Source of the DNA: a virus
Strand: one strand, 5' to 3'
DNA length: 64,000 nt
IMG/VR virus record: IMGVR_UViG_3300030098_003955
Each line of letters opens with the position of its first letter. Within the stretch, counting starts at the first letter, position 1. Below the pieces are notes generated by a model. It did no database searches. It saw nothing but the letters and a program-made list of their open reading frames with translations, and had not been told where the DNA came from. Positions 36,397 to 47,164 of the stretch are shown piece after piece. Both the position numbers and the translations under genes were made by a program.

Positions 36397-37415
36397 TGTC
36401 CTCACCAAAAGTTCTAATAACAGGAGCTTCTGGTTTTATAGGCAGGCATCTTTACGAAAAACTATCTTCCCAAAGAGAAAATATAGTTGGGGTTGGTGGC
36501 TTCAGAGATGGCGTTGACCTTGTTCTAGAAGCTAATGTCGGATATATATTTGACCAGCACAAGCCGGATGTGGTTATTCATTTAGCGGGAAGATGGAGAG
36601 GTATAGAAATGTATCTCAAAAATCCTGCCGGACTGATATATGACAACATGTGGATGTCTATGCGTATTATGGAAGAGGCTAGACAATCAGGTTGCTCTAG
36701 ATTTATCACCATAGGAGACATAAGTTGCTATCCAGAAAATTGTCCTCTGCCATTCTCAGAAAAAGATCTATGGAACGGAAGGCCTACAGAGGTTGAGTCT
36801 TCTTATGCTATTTATAAAAGAGTATTGATGGAGCTAAATGACTGCTTTGAAAAACAGTTTGAAGGCTTTAGTTCTACGAATGTTATTTTGTCTAATGTTT
36901 ATGGCGGAGGTGATGAAAGACAATTCAATCCTAAGTTTAGCAAAATAGTCCCAATGCTCATCTCGAACATACAACTGGCTAAAGACAAAGGATATTCTCA
37001 GATAGAATTTGGGGGCGATGAAGATGCAACGCATGATCTCCTATACATAGATGATGCAGTTGATGGAATAATCTCTGTTCTAGATTCTGAGTTAGACTTA
37101 GGGACAATCAACATAGGTAGTGGATCTGAAGTATCGCACAAAGATCTTATAGAAATCATATCTGATATTTGCGGATATGATGGGGATGTTGTTTGGTCGA
37201 AAAAGCAAATCATACAAAGAAAAAGAAATCAGCTAGACATAAGCAAGGCGCAAGACCTTTTGAAATTCATGCCAAGAGTGGGTATAAACCAAGGCTTGCA
37301 AGAAACATATGACTGGTCTATCAAAAAATTTACGTACAAGCCTCGTAAGTATGAGGACGTTCCTCCTATAGGTGTCGCATTAGATGATCCAAACATTCGT
37401 CCTGTCCAAAAATAG
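36396..37415 (+). CDS. NAD-dependent epimerase / GDP-fucose synthase-like
   Basis: ITGASGFIG, VIHLAG, YAIYK, NVYG. Confidence 0.8.
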   Translation: MSSPKVLITGASGFIGRHLYEKLSSQRENIVGVGGFRDGVDLVLEANVGYIFDQHKPDVVIHLAGRWRGIEMYLKNPAGLIYDNMWMSMRIMEEARQSGCSRFITIGDISCYPENCPLPFSEKDLWNGRPTEVESSYAIYKRVLMELNDCFEKQFEGFSSTNVILSNVYGGGDERQFNPKFSKIVPMLISNIQLAKDKGYSQIEFGGDEDATHDLLYIDDAVDGIISVLDSELDLGTINIGSGSEVSHKDLIEIISDICGYDGDVVWSKKQIIQRKRNQLDISKAQDLLKFMPRVGINQGLQETYDWSIKKFTYKPRKYEDVPPIGVALDDPNIRPVQK

Positions 37416-38244
37416 ACCGGCACAACTACATCTATTGCTTGAAAGCATCTATAAGAATTCGGGCAACCAGTTCAAGGTAAATGTAATCTATAGCTCGTCA
37501 ACGAACGAGATAGACTCAGGATATACATTACTTCAAGAAAGATTCTTTAACAAAAACCACAATTCGCTAAGGTCGCCAATATCTTGGACAGTTTCTAAAA
37601 ACACAAAAGAAAGCCTGCTAGAAGCGATTGATTCTAATCATGAGTTCTGCTGCTTCTTTGTTGACGACAATATTGTCTTTAACACACTCCCAACATACAA
37701 AGAAGTTTCAAAGCTGTTTTCTGACGACCAACTGTTTTCTATATCAACAAAGATAGGAAACAACACGGTAATACAAGATCCATATTCGTTTTATAGATCT
37801 GAATATTTTGTAGACATACCATCCTCTGGTGAGTTTTTGTTGGACAAATATTTAGTCTGGGATGCAACTCAAGTAAAACCATACACACTTTTCTCGCTAC
37901 CATTGTCTTTTGACGGTCATATATACAGAACTAAGACAATAAAGAAAATAATTGAAGAAGTTGACTTTGTTGATCCTTCGGGATTTGAAGAAAACTCACA
38001 GACAATGCTTTACAACTCTTCATTTTCATTTGCACCTCCTGTGAAGATGGCGTGCCCAGAATACAGCGCAGCAATAAAAAACACCATAGATAAAATTACA
38101 GACCATCCTCCAACTAACTTTGATTGCTTTGAAGATGGTATAAATTCCAGATATATAACCGGATATAAAATAGACTACAGCTACTACGATTTTGGCTCTA
38201 TATCTATGCCATACGAAAGATTCTTAACAAGGTTTGTTAAATGA
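37384..38244 (+). CDS. putative GT-A-like protein (paralog of 28846)
   Basis: SKNRPAQLHLLLES, VDD, LSFDGHIYR. Confidence 0.6.
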   Translation: MIQTFVLSKNRPAQLHLLLESIYKNSGNQFKVNVIYSSSTNEIDSGYTLLQERFFNKNHNSLRSPISWTVSKNTKESLLEAIDSNHEFCCFFVDDNIVFNTLPTYKEVSKLFSDDQLFSISTKIGNNTVIQDPYSFYRSEYFVDIPSSGEFLLDKYLVWDATQVKPYTLFSLPLSFDGHIYRTKTIKKIIEEVDFVDPSGFEENSQTMLYNSSFSFAPPVKMACPEYSAAIKNTIDKITDHPPTNFDCFEDGINSRYITGYKIDYSYYDFGSISMPYERFLTRFVK

Positions 38245-39182
38245 AGGTAGTTTGCACAACAGTTATAAGATCGGTAAGCCCTGAAGAAACTCATGGTGGC
38301 ATCTATATAGTTGATATGGATGATGGAAGGATACTTGAGTACAGACCATATCAAGGTGATATAAGAAACGACAATGAGAGAGGCGGCGAAAGAGGACTAA
38401 GAGGAATACAAGTTCTTGATGATAGTATCATAGTAGCTGATTCATCTGGACTAAGCAGATTTTCAAAAGACCTACAGCTTATAGAAAAGGTCACAAACAG
38501 AGATGTATTCCATTCAATACATGAGATATGTTTATTTGATGGAGACCTGTGGGTAACTTCTACAAGATATGACTCTATCGTTAGGGTTGGGCTAGACTTT
38601 TCTATAAAAGATTTTTATTCAATACAAGGTCATCCAATTAGTGATGGTAAAGTCCTTACTGGAAAGACGAGCATCGAGCATGGGACTGCCGACGACTCTG
38701 ATGAATATCATATAAACTCTATATCCGCAAACAATGGAAGATTAGTAATCAGCGGACTCACGACTGGGCTATACGACCTTTCAAATTTTGAGATGGTGGC
38801 CGATATGCCTTGGGTTCCTGTAGATCATAATGGGCAGAAGATGAGGACAAGGAGTTTTCTGCATAACTATTACGAGTACGAAGATATAAATGTGGTAAAC
38901 CTAACTCACTTTTCTTCTGTTATGATCTTTGATAAAAAAGAAAATTCTGCTGGATTTGCTCAACTACCCCCTGTTCAAAACATTAAGCATGACGATAATG
39001 ACAATATCGCAAAGGCGGGCTGGAACAGAGGCATGACAAGAAATGGCAATTTTCTTTTAGTGGGTAGTTCACCAGCCAGCATTTATGTGCTAGACTTGGG
39101 GTCTAAAACTTTTCATAAGCAGGTTTCTCTAGAGATGGATACAAGACACGCCATACACGGCTTAGAGATATTAGAAAAATAG
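38241..39182 (+). CDS. beta-propeller protein (DUF4915-like)
   Basis: HEI, HINSI, H, RGM repeats. Confidence 0.5.
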   Translation: MKVVCTTVIRSVSPEETHGGIYIVDMDDGRILEYRPYQGDIRNDNERGGERGLRGIQVLDDSIIVADSSGLSRFSKDLQLIEKVTNRDVFHSIHEICLFDGDLWVTSTRYDSIVRVGLDFSIKDFYSIQGHPISDGKVLTGKTSIEHGTADDSDEYHINSISANNGRLVISGLTTGLYDLSNFEMVADMPWVPVDHNGQKMRTRSFLHNYYEYEDINVVNLTHFSSVMIFDKKENSAGFAQLPPVQNIKHDDNDNIAKAGWNRGMTRNGNFLLVGSSPASIYVLDLGSKTFHKQVSLEMDTRHAIHGLEILEK

Positions 39183-39224
39183 CTCGGTCTTACCTATCCT
39201 AAAAAAATATACAGAGTAAATATG

Positions 39225-39235
39225 GGTGTATAATA
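39225..39235 (+). promoter_or_regulatory. GGTGTATAATA motif upstream of nrdA leader
   Basis: Intergenic copy. Confidence 0.6.
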
Positions 39236-39386
39236 TGGTGTCGGACAGTTTGAGCCTCTTTCAAAAAGCGGCTGGAGCGACACAAGTTCGACAAGCTACC
39301 ATGCACCAAGTGAAAAGTTTAACATCTTGTGTTTTGTAAATATATTACTTGGTTTTGAAGTGTCGCTCTTTTTTTGAAAGTTAAGA

Positions 39387-41828
39387 ATGAGTTCAGATAT
39401 TAAAGTTAAGAAGAGAAATGGCAGGCTTGAAGATGTCAATCTCGACAAGATAAATAAGTGTGTTGAAAGAGCCTGCGAAGGGCTAGATTCTGTAAACCCA
39501 AGCGAAGTCGTGCTTGACGCAAGCCTTCAGCTATATAACAAGATAACAACGTCAGACATAGACAAAGCGCTGATTATGTCTGCTCGCTCAAAAATAGAGC
39601 AAGAGCCTAACTATAGCTACGTTGCCTCTAGACTTTTGCTCAACAGCCTCTACAAAGAAACATTCGGCAAGAGCGTTAACGGTGATTTCGATCCAGAGTA
39701 TAGAAGTCATTTCATTAAGACCATCAAGCATCTTGTAAAAACAGAGAAGCTTTCGGAAAGATTGCTTGAATACGATCTACAGCTTCTGGCCGACAAGCTT
39801 GTCCCAGAGCGAGACGATTTGTTTAAGTACCTTGGCATACAGACTCTTTACGATCGCTACTTCATTCATGAAGAAGGTAGAAGGATGGAGAACCCTCAAT
39901 CTTTCTACATGAGAGTTGCGATGGGTCTTTGCTTGGAAGAAGAGGACAAAGAAGAAAGAGCTGTTGAAATCTACAACATGATGTCTGAGTTTAGATACTC
40001 TCCATCTACTCCAACGCTTTTTAACAGTGGAACCATTCACTCACAGTTGTCGTCTTGCTATCTGAGTACTGTACATGACTCAATAGACGGTATCTTTGGG
40101 ACAATACACAACCAAGCAAGACTTTCTAAATACGCTGGCGGTCTTGGCGTGGACTGGACTCCAACACGATCTACAGGTTCTTATATTAAAGGAACTAATG
40201 GCCAGTCTTCAGGGCTTATACCTTGGCTTAAAATATTTAATGATACGCTTGTAGGTGTGAATCAAGGAGGTAAACGAAAAGGCGCAGGATGTGCCTACCT
40301 AGAAGTATGGCATCTCGATGTAGAAGACTTTCTAGACCTGAGAAAAAATACTGGAGATGATCGCAGGCGATGTCATGATATGAACACAGCCCTTTGGATT
40401 TGCGACGACTTCATGAAGGCCGCGCAGAAAGATAAAGATTGGTACTTATTTGACCCATCAGAGTTTCCACTACTGCACGAAACCTATGGAAACCAGTTTT
40501 CAAAAGAGTACAGAAAAGCCGTAAGGCTTGCTGAATCAGGGAGTGTTAAGAACTTTCGTGTAGTTTCTGCAAAAGACCTATGGAAAAAGATGCTCAAGTC
40601 GTTGTATGAAACAGGGCATCCTTGGGTAACTTTTAAAGATCCTTCCAACATCAGATACAGTAATAGGCATGAGGGCGTAGTTCATTCGTCAAACCTTTGT
40701 ACTGAGATATTGCTACACACCAAGCCTACAACTTATAAAGATGGCGAAGTCGAAGAAGTTGGAGAGACAGCGGTTTGCAACTTGGCTAGTATCAATCTAG
40801 AGAACCACGTTAAGGTTCGCTCGATTGACTGGAAAAAATTACAGCAAACAATAGAAGTAGCAGTCCGTGGTCTGGACAATGTTATTGACATAAATTTCTA
40901 CCCAACCAAAGAAGCCCAAAACTCAAACTTGAGAAACAGACCTGTTGGCCTCGGAGTAATGGGAACTCATGGCCTACTGCACAAACTCAAGATCAATTAC
41001 GATTCGCAAGAAGCAATTGATATGTGCAACAAAATTCAAGAGTTTGTTTCTTATCATGCAATATTAACCTCGTCCAAGCTAGCAAAGGAAAGAGGTCATT
41101 ATGAAAGCTATATGCACTCATCGTGGAGTTACAATAATCTGCCAATAGATACGTATTGTACACTCATGAACTCTAGAAAGAGTACTGACTCATATAAGCC
41201 AAAGGACTTCGAGACTCTTGAATGGGACAAGGTAAGAGACCATATAGCAGAGCATGGGATGAGAAATTCAAATGTGATGGCTATAGCTCCTACGGCTACC
41301 ATATCTTACATTCAGGGGTGCTCTCAATCTATTGAGCCAGACTATTCAGTGCTGTTCGTTTATTCGACCCTTAGCGGCGAGTTTACAATGATAAATGAGC
41401 ACTTTGTAGACATGGCTAAGAAGAAAGGCATTTGGTGCAAGGAACTTGTGGAAGCTCTTAAAGCCGCTGACGGAGATGTTATGGCTATAGACTTGCCAGA
41501 AGAAATACAGAACCAGTTCAAAACTGCGTTTGATGTCAGTGCGGAGGTGCTGATTGAAGCAGCTGCGGCTAGGCAGAGATGGATTGACATGGGACAATCT
41601 TTCAATCTTTACAACAAAGGTACTAGCCTTAAATATCTAAATGATATATACATGAAGTGTTATGAAGACGGTCTTAAGACTACCTACTACCTAAGAAGCA
41701 AGGCGGCAACTAGACTAGAAAAGTCTACAGTTAGCTCCACTAGTGAGGAGTCTCAAGAAGTGCCAGAAGACTTGAGTCAAGTTAAGGCTTGCTCTATTAA
41801 TGATCCAGATTGTGAGAGTTGTCAGTAA
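39387..41828 (+). CDS. nrdA: ribonucleotide reductase class Ia alpha subunit with ATP cone
   Basis: VKKRNG ATP cone, TPTLFN, SSCY, SNLCTEI, APTATIS, C-terminal CESCQ. Confidence 0.95.
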   Translation: MSSDIKVKKRNGRLEDVNLDKINKCVERACEGLDSVNPSEVVLDASLQLYNKITTSDIDKALIMSARSKIEQEPNYSYVASRLLLNSLYKETFGKSVNGDFDPEYRSHFIKTIKHLVKTEKLSERLLEYDLQLLADKLVPERDDLFKYLGIQTLYDRYFIHEEGRRMENPQSFYMRVAMGLCLEEEDKEERAVEIYNMMSEFRYSPSTPTLFNSGTIHSQLSSCYLSTVHDSIDGIFGTIHNQARLSKYAGGLGVDWTPTRSTGSYIKGTNGQSSGLIPWLKIFNDTLVGVNQGGKRKGAGCAYLEVWHLDVEDFLDLRKNTGDDRRRCHDMNTALWICDDFMKAAQKDKDWYLFDPSEFPLLHETYGNQFSKEYRKAVRLAESGSVKNFRVVSAKDLWKKMLKSLYETGHPWVTFKDPSNIRYSNRHEGVVHSSNLCTEILLHTKPTTYKDGEVEEVGETAVCNLASINLENHVKVRSIDWKKLQQTIEVAVRGLDNVIDINFYPTKEAQNSNLRNRPVGLGVMGTHGLLHKLKINYDSQEAIDMCNKIQEFVSYHAILTSSKLAKERGHYESYMHSSWSYNNLPIDTYCTLMNSRKSTDSYKPKDFETLEWDKVRDHIAEHGMRNSNVMAIAPTATISYIQGCSQSIEPDYSVLFVYSTLSGEFTMINEHFVDMAKKKGIWCKELVEALKAADGDVMAIDLPEEIQNQFKTAFDVSAEVLIEAAAARQRWIDMGQSFNLYNKGTSLKYLNDIYMKCYEDGLKTTYYLRSKAATRLEKSTVSSTSEESQEVPEDLSQVKACSINDPDCESCQ

Positions 41829-42835
41829 TGAGTAAAAGTAAAGAAATAATTTCAGACAAGGTTGCTGTTGTAAATCAAATCCTCCCCCATACAAATAAAT
41901 GGGCATGGGATTTGTTCATCGACGGAGCCGCGAATAACTGGATGCCTACAGAAATATCTATGGCTAAAGACATAGAGCAGTGGAGATCTAGTTCTTTAAC
42001 AGAAGATGAGAAGCTGGTAGTTAAAAGATCATTAGGCTTCTTCGCTGGTTCGGAATCTCTCGTAGCTAACAATCTACTGCTAAGCATCTTCAAGTACGTC
42101 ACAGACGCAGAGTGCAGGCAGTACATTCTCAGACAGGCCTACGAAGAAAGCCTTCACAACCTGACTGTGGTTTACGTATGTGACTCACTGAACTTAGATA
42201 TAGATGAAGTCTACCAAGCATATAACTCGATCCCTAGCATCAAGTCTAAGGATGAGTTCCTGATGAACATCACCAGCGATATTAACAGACCAGACTTCAA
42301 CATCAATACGATTGAAGGCAAGAGAGAATTTCTGAGGAATATCATCACATATTATATAATCTGTGAAGGGATATTTTTCTTCTCTGGATTTGCTATGCTA
42401 CTTTCTTTCAACAGACAAAACAAACTGCCGGGAATTGGCGAGCAAATCCAATACACTCTTAGGGACGAAAGCCTACATATCAAATTTGGGACGACTCTTA
42501 TCAACAGACTAAGAGAAGACAATCCAAAGATTTGGACTAAGGCTATGGAAAAAGAAACGATCGAGCATATAGACACTGCTATGGAGCTTGAACTAGCTTA
42601 CGCTAGGGACGTTCTTCCAAACGGTATCTTAGGACTAAATGCAGACATGTTTATTGACTATGTTCAGTTCATAGCTGACAGAAGGCTTACAAACCTGAAT
42701 CTTCCATCACCATACGGCGATGCAAAAAATCCTTTTCCTTGGATGAGTGAAATCATTGACTTGGAAAAGTGTAAGAACTTCTTTGAAACTCGTGTCACTG
42801 AGTATTCTGTAGGGAACATAGAGGATGATTTTTAA
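41828..42835 (+). CDS. nrdB: ribonucleotide reductase beta subunit
   Basis: EESLH, EGIFFFSGF, RDESLH, NFFETRV. Confidence 0.95.
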   Translation: MSKSKEIISDKVAVVNQILPHTNKWAWDLFIDGAANNWMPTEISMAKDIEQWRSSSLTEDEKLVVKRSLGFFAGSESLVANNLLLSIFKYVTDAECRQYILRQAYEESLHNLTVVYVCDSLNLDIDEVYQAYNSIPSIKSKDEFLMNITSDINRPDFNINTIEGKREFLRNIITYYIICEGIFFFSGFAMLLSFNRQNKLPGIGEQIQYTLRDESLHIKFGTTLINRLREDNPKIWTKAMEKETIEHIDTAMELELAYARDVLPNGILGLNADMFIDYVQFIADRRLTNLNLPSPYGDAKNPFPWMSEIIDLEKCKNFFETRVTEYSVGNIEDDF

Positions 42836-43266
42836 TGAGTAACTACAATTTTTTTGAAACCAAACTACTTCACGAATCAGCTAAACATCCAAGCAAAGGT
42901 CACATCAACGATGCTGGATGGGATTTATACTCCTCTGAAACGGTGAGCATACCCGCAGGAGCTACGGTGTTAGTATCAACTGGCGTAGCTATGGCCATCC
43001 CTAAAGGCTATGCAGGCTTAATCTGGGACAGGTCTTCTATGGGCGTAAAAGGCATTCATAGGCACGCAGGTGTTATAGACTCTGGATACAGAGGCGAAGT
43101 AAAAGTATGCTTACACAACACAACTCAGGAAACTTATCACGTAGAAAGAGGAGATAGAATAGCTCAACTCTTGATACAAGAGTGTCCTACGTTTATACAA
43201 CACGCAGTAAGCGAACTAGACTCTACGAGCAGAGGTGATGGAGGCTTTGGTTCTACAGGTAAATAA
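42835..43266 (+). CDS. dut: dUTPase
   Basis: AGWDL, RSS, GVIDSGYRGE, RIAQ, RG.GGFGSTG. Confidence 0.95.
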   Translation: MSNYNFFETKLLHESAKHPSKGHINDAGWDLYSSETVSIPAGATVLVSTGVAMAIPKGYAGLIWDRSSMGVKGIHRHAGVIDSGYRGEVKVCLHNTTQETYHVERGDRIAQLLIQECPTFIQHAVSELDSTSRGDGGFGSTGK

Positions 43267-43935
43267 ATGACCAGAAGACGAAGCAAAAAAAAAGAAAACA
43301 GAACTTATTCATTTGTAACACTAGAGCCTAAATCGTATAACCAGAATCTTTACGTTAGCTCTATAGAAAAGAACGACATTACATTTTGTACTGGGCCATC
43401 TGGCACGGGTAAAAGCTTTATATGTGCTGGCGTATCTGCGAAAAAACTAGTCCAACAAGAAGTCAGACAAATAATTATTACAAGACCTCTTGTCGCTACA
43501 GGTAAAGAAATAGGTTCACTTCCCGGCGACGTCTCAGAAAAAATACTTCCTTACCTAAAACCTATGGAAGAAAACTTAAAATTCTTCTTAAAGGACTACT
43601 ATTCAGACTCTTTAAATTACGGTAGAATTAGATATGAGCCTCTAGAATTAATGAGAGGCGCTACCTTTCATGACTCAATCATGATACTTGACGAGGCTCA
43701 AAACTGCACCTCAGAGCAAATAAAGATGTTCATCACTAGAATGGGTGAAAATTCCAAGGTCATAATAAACGGTGATGTCATGCAAACAGACTTGAATAAA
43801 AAGTCTGGCTTAAACTACTGTATTAATAGGCTTAGAAACATCGACGGAGTTGGTATTATTAAATTTAATTATGAAGATATTCAAAGAAATGGTATCATAG
43901 GAAAAGTATTAGAGGCTTTAGAACGAGATGCCTGA
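43267..43935 (+). CDS. phoH: PhoH-like ATPase
   Basis: GPSGTGKS, MRGATF, LDEAQN, TRMG, GD..QTD. Confidence 0.92.
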   Translation: MTRRRSKKKENRTYSFVTLEPKSYNQNLYVSSIEKNDITFCTGPSGTGKSFICAGVSAKKLVQQEVRQIIITRPLVATGKEIGSLPGDVSEKILPYLKPMEENLKFFLKDYYSDSLNYGRIRYEPLELMRGATFHDSIMILDEAQNCTSEQIKMFITRMGENSKVIINGDVMQTDLNKKSGLNYCINRLRNIDGVGIIKFNYEDIQRNGIIGKVLEALERDA

Positions 43936-44308
43936 CTACACGTTTGCTTGCGATGACTGCAACATAGGTTGGATTGTTTCTTGCGACAGATCTGAATACA
44001 CAAGCGATCAGGAATGTCCTAAGTGCAATGGAAAAAATACATATCGGGACTTTGCGGAAGATGAAGTCCATGCTCAGGTTTACAACGTGACCACGGTTGG
44101 ACAGCTGGCAGAAAGAAACTCAAAAAAGATTGGCAAGACAAAAGTCCAAGAAAAGGACGCCATCAACAAAGAGAAGTTCAAAGAACATATGGGCAAGGCC
44201 AAACCTACTGAGTCTTGGTGGAACAAGCAGGGAACTGCTAGCCGTTCTGAAATAAACAAGATGACACCTCAGCAACAAAAGAACTACATCATGAAGGGCA
44301 AAAAGTAA
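43928..44308 (+). CDS. FmdB-like Zn-ribbon protein
   Basis: MP.Y.F.C..C...CPKC. Confidence 0.65.
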   Translation: MPDYTFACDDCNIGWIVSCDRSEYTSDQECPKCNGKNTYRDFAEDEVHAQVYNVTTVGQLAERNSKKIGKTKVQEKDAINKEKFKEHMGKAKPTESWWNKQGTASRSEINKMTPQQQKNYIMKGKK

Positions 44309-44559
44309 TGCACTATGATCGTAGAACCATAACGTGTGCTGACTGCGGAAAGAATCTAATCACATTAGTTGAGTATGCTGATGGAGATACCCCTGACAGG
44401 TCTCACCTCATAGTGCTGTGTGACATTGAAGGAGAGGCTAGCTGGAAAGTTAACATCATTGGAAAACCTTTTTATGCACCATGCGATGGACTTAAAATAG
44501 CCTCCGTAGACTACGATGAAAAAGAAAAACTAACCACCATACAGATGGGAAAAGCATAA
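44308..44559 (+). CDS. hypothetical protein
   Basis: Translationally coupled ORF. Confidence 0.55.
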   Translation: MHYDRRTITCADCGKNLITLVEYADGDTPDRSHLIVLCDIEGEASWKVNIIGKPFYAPCDGLKIASVDYDEKEKLTTIQMGKA

Positions 44560-44879
44560 TGGATGCGGATGAGTTTATCCAAGAGGACACTTATGAAAGC
44601 TTCTACTTTAATGCAAAAGGCGAGGTTGGCGAATCATTAGAAACTAAAACAGTGTGCTACAGGACTAACAATGTAGAGAAAGGAAGCTCTGCATTTTTTA
44701 TCAAAGTCTACAATGGTTCTTTGTTTGACCCATTTGGTATGGATGCAAACAAGATAAATGCAGAAGGAATAAAGTTTAAGAAGGTTAAATTAGAAGTCTT
44801 CAACTTGTATCACAAGTATTTAATAAGAAGAGTATCTGGAGATTTCTACAAAGCACAGAGAGTATTTAACAATGCCTAG
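44559..44879 (+). CDS. hypothetical protein
   Basis: Translationally coupled ORF. Confidence 0.6.
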   Translation: MDADEFIQEDTYESFYFNAKGEVGESLETKTVCYRTNNVEKGSSAFFIKVYNGSLFDPFGMDANKINAEGIKFKKVKLEVFNLYHKYLIRRVSGDFYKAQRVFNNA

Positions 44880-45195
44880 AAAAACAGGAAAACTGAGCAA
44901 AGTAGAAGAGTTCTATATTGCGAACAATACACATCTTGGTCTGAAGCAAATAGCTGAGGACTTGAACAGAACGCAAGAAGCCATCAAAAGCGTTTACCAT
45001 GACAACGCAGAAGAAGAGCCTCAGAAAAAAGAAAAGTCTGTTGGAGATATCACAGACAAGTTTGCAAGGCGAGAAGGTAGAGGCGTTACAATGATGACCC
45101 CAACAGCATCCGACGCTGCCGATAGCTCTAGAAAGAGTAGGCTTAATAAAGGCAATAGATATAGCGATTCAATTCATATCATCAAACCGGAGTAG
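44872..45195 (+). CDS. HTH-like hypothetical protein
   Basis: LKQIAEDLNRT. Confidence 0.55.
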   Translation: MPRKTGKLSKVEEFYIANNTHLGLKQIAEDLNRTQEAIKSVYHDNAEEEPQKKEKSVGDITDKFARREGRGVTMMTPTASDAADSSRKSRLNKGNRYSDSIHIIKPE

Positions 45196-45197
45196 TC

Positions 45198-45659
45198 ATG
45201 TCTTTTGTTTCTAAGTCCATTGACACATACGTAAATGTATACGGCGATAGTCATCCTATGTGGATCGCCAAACTTTCAAACGGCGAAACAATTTATCAAG
45301 ATGACGGTAGGCCAGAAGTAGAACCCGCAAGTGCTTGGTTAAGACTCAAGGACTATTGCGATCAAGAAAAAATTCATGTAAAATCTCTACTTCTCAAGAA
45401 CAAGTCCAATCAAATTGTAGCTGTTGAAGACGATGATAATGATGGAATCTTTTTGACGAAGGCGGCTGGAGCATTTTTATTTGGCGATGAGACATTGCAA
45501 TTTTTTAACGTTGGGGTTATAAAAGACGGCAAAGCTTATCTGACAAAGTGGAAGATGCCAGATATGACGAAAGATGTGCAAGAACAGAGAGAGCCAAAGG
45601 ATTACGTAGAAGTTTCTATTTTAAGGGCAGGCAACTTTGGAAAAGAATTACAAACATAA
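45198..45659 (+). CDS. hypothetical protein
   Basis: ORF track. Confidence 0.6.
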   Translation: MSFVSKSIDTYVNVYGDSHPMWIAKLSNGETIYQDDGRPEVEPASAWLRLKDYCDQEKIHVKSLLLKNKSNQIVAVEDDDNDGIFLTKAAGAFLFGDETLQFFNVGVIKDGKAYLTKWKMPDMTKDVQEQREPKDYVEVSILRAGNFGKELQT

Positions 45660-46074
45660 GATAAATGGAAAGCCATGCAATGCGGCTCAGTACATTGCAG
45701 AGATGGTATGTTTAAGAAAAGCTGAGAAAGAAAGAACTGGCCGACAAGGTGACGACTTTTGGAATACTCCAAAATGGAAGAAAGAGTTCCAAAGTCAGGT
45801 CACGAAAGCTTACGGCCTTCTAAAAAAATATAGCGACAAAGCTATAATTGCGGCATTGAATTCTTATGCTGGGAAGAGTATATTCTCTCTCAGGGTAAAG
45901 AGTCTCGACAAGCTTATTAAGAAAGAACAGTTCAAGCTAGATAAGCAGGCTGAAAAACCAGTGAAGCCCGTAGAGGTTGAAGACAATACGTCCTCAAAAC
46001 CAAGAAAGCCGTTTGGCAACAAGTCACAACTATCGCTACTAAGAGGTTTAGAAAATGGCAAAGAAGAAGACTAA
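45637..46074 (+). CDS. hypothetical protein
   Basis: ORF track. Confidence 0.6.
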   Translation: MEKNYKHKINGKPCNAAQYIAEMVCLRKAEKERTGRQGDDFWNTPKWKKEFQSQVTKAYGLLKKYSDKAIIAALNSYAGKSIFSLRVKSLDKLIKKEQFKLDKQAEKPVKPVEVEDNTSSKPRKPFGNKSQLSLLRGLENGKEED

Positions 46075-47164
46075 AGCAGACATTGCATTTAGCAGCGAAG
46101 CTGTAGTAGGCGTGCTACAAAAGAAATACGGTAAAGACTATGGAAACATAGTTAAGTCAGGCAATGAGGTATTTGACGATCTCAAAGACCTTGCCTCGAT
46201 ACCAGTCAGCCCTTCTTTGGATCTGATCCTTGGCGGCGGCTTTAGAGAAGGTAGTTGGGTTCAACTAATCGGCGAGCCTAAGTGTGGAAAAACAACAACC
46301 GCACTACAATTTGCATCTAACGCACAGAAGGAAGAGCATGGAGGAAGACATATATACTACGTGGATGTTGAAGGCCGTATGAGCCTCAAAAACATCGAAG
46401 GTATTAATGGGCTTAACCTTGACAAGATTTCTAGAATAAGTGCAGAAAACGGCATTATGTGTGCCGAGGACTATCTTGATATCATCATACAACTAATCAA
46501 AGACCATCCTCAGTGCGTAATTATTCTAGACTCGGTATCTTCACTGATCGCAAGTCGCGACCTTGAAAAGAAGGTAGATGGAGCTTATAGGCCCGGACTT
46601 CCTAGAATACTTTCCGACTTTACTAAGAAGCTCACAACGATTGTTCCAAAGCAGAAAGTAACTGTGATATTAATCACTCACTATATTGCAGACCTTTCAA
46701 ATAGCCGAAGGACAAAGACTGCTGATGGCGGTATAAAAATCCAATATCAAGCAGACACTTCTATGGAAGTTAAGTACGTCCAAGGATGGGAAGAAAAGAG
46801 CAAGCAGATTGGGCAACTGATTCACTGGAACCTCAAGACCTCAGCTCTAGGTGGATTTCCCGGATCGTCCGCTGTTGGATATTTGAGATATGGATTTGGG
46901 TTGGATCACATTCAAGAGCTTTTCAACATGGCAAATGAAGTTGATTTGATATCAGCCGCTGGTGCTTGGTACACTTTTGAATACTTGTTCGATCATGTTG
47001 AAGAGATCAGAGCTTCGCTTGAAGAAAAGGGTTACGACTTATCCGATGATAAGATAAGCTCTACCCTCAAGTTTCAAGGAGCTGGAGCTTGTAGGGAGTT
47101 CATGGTTCAAAATCCAATCGTGGTTGACATACTAAGAAAAGAACTGACTTTCGATGAAAGTTAG
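46055..47164 (+). CDS. recA: RecA/UvsX-like recombinase
   Basis: LD..LGGG..G, GEPKCGKTT, VDVE, LDSVSSL, GAWY. Confidence 0.85.
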   Translation: MAKKKTKADIAFSSEAVVGVLQKKYGKDYGNIVKSGNEVFDDLKDLASIPVSPSLDLILGGGFREGSWVQLIGEPKCGKTTTALQFASNAQKEEHGGRHIYYVDVEGRMSLKNIEGINGLNLDKISRISAENGIMCAEDYLDIIIQLIKDHPQCVIILDSVSSLIASRDLEKKVDGAYRPGLPRILSDFTKKLTTIVPKQKVTVILITHYIADLSNSRRTKTADGGIKIQYQADTSMEVKYVQGWEEKSKQIGQLIHWNLKTSALGGFPGSSAVGYLRYGFGLDHIQELFNMANEVDLISAAGAWYTFEYLFDHVEEIRASLEEKGYDLSDDKISSTLKFQGAGACREFMVQNPIVVDILRKELTFDES

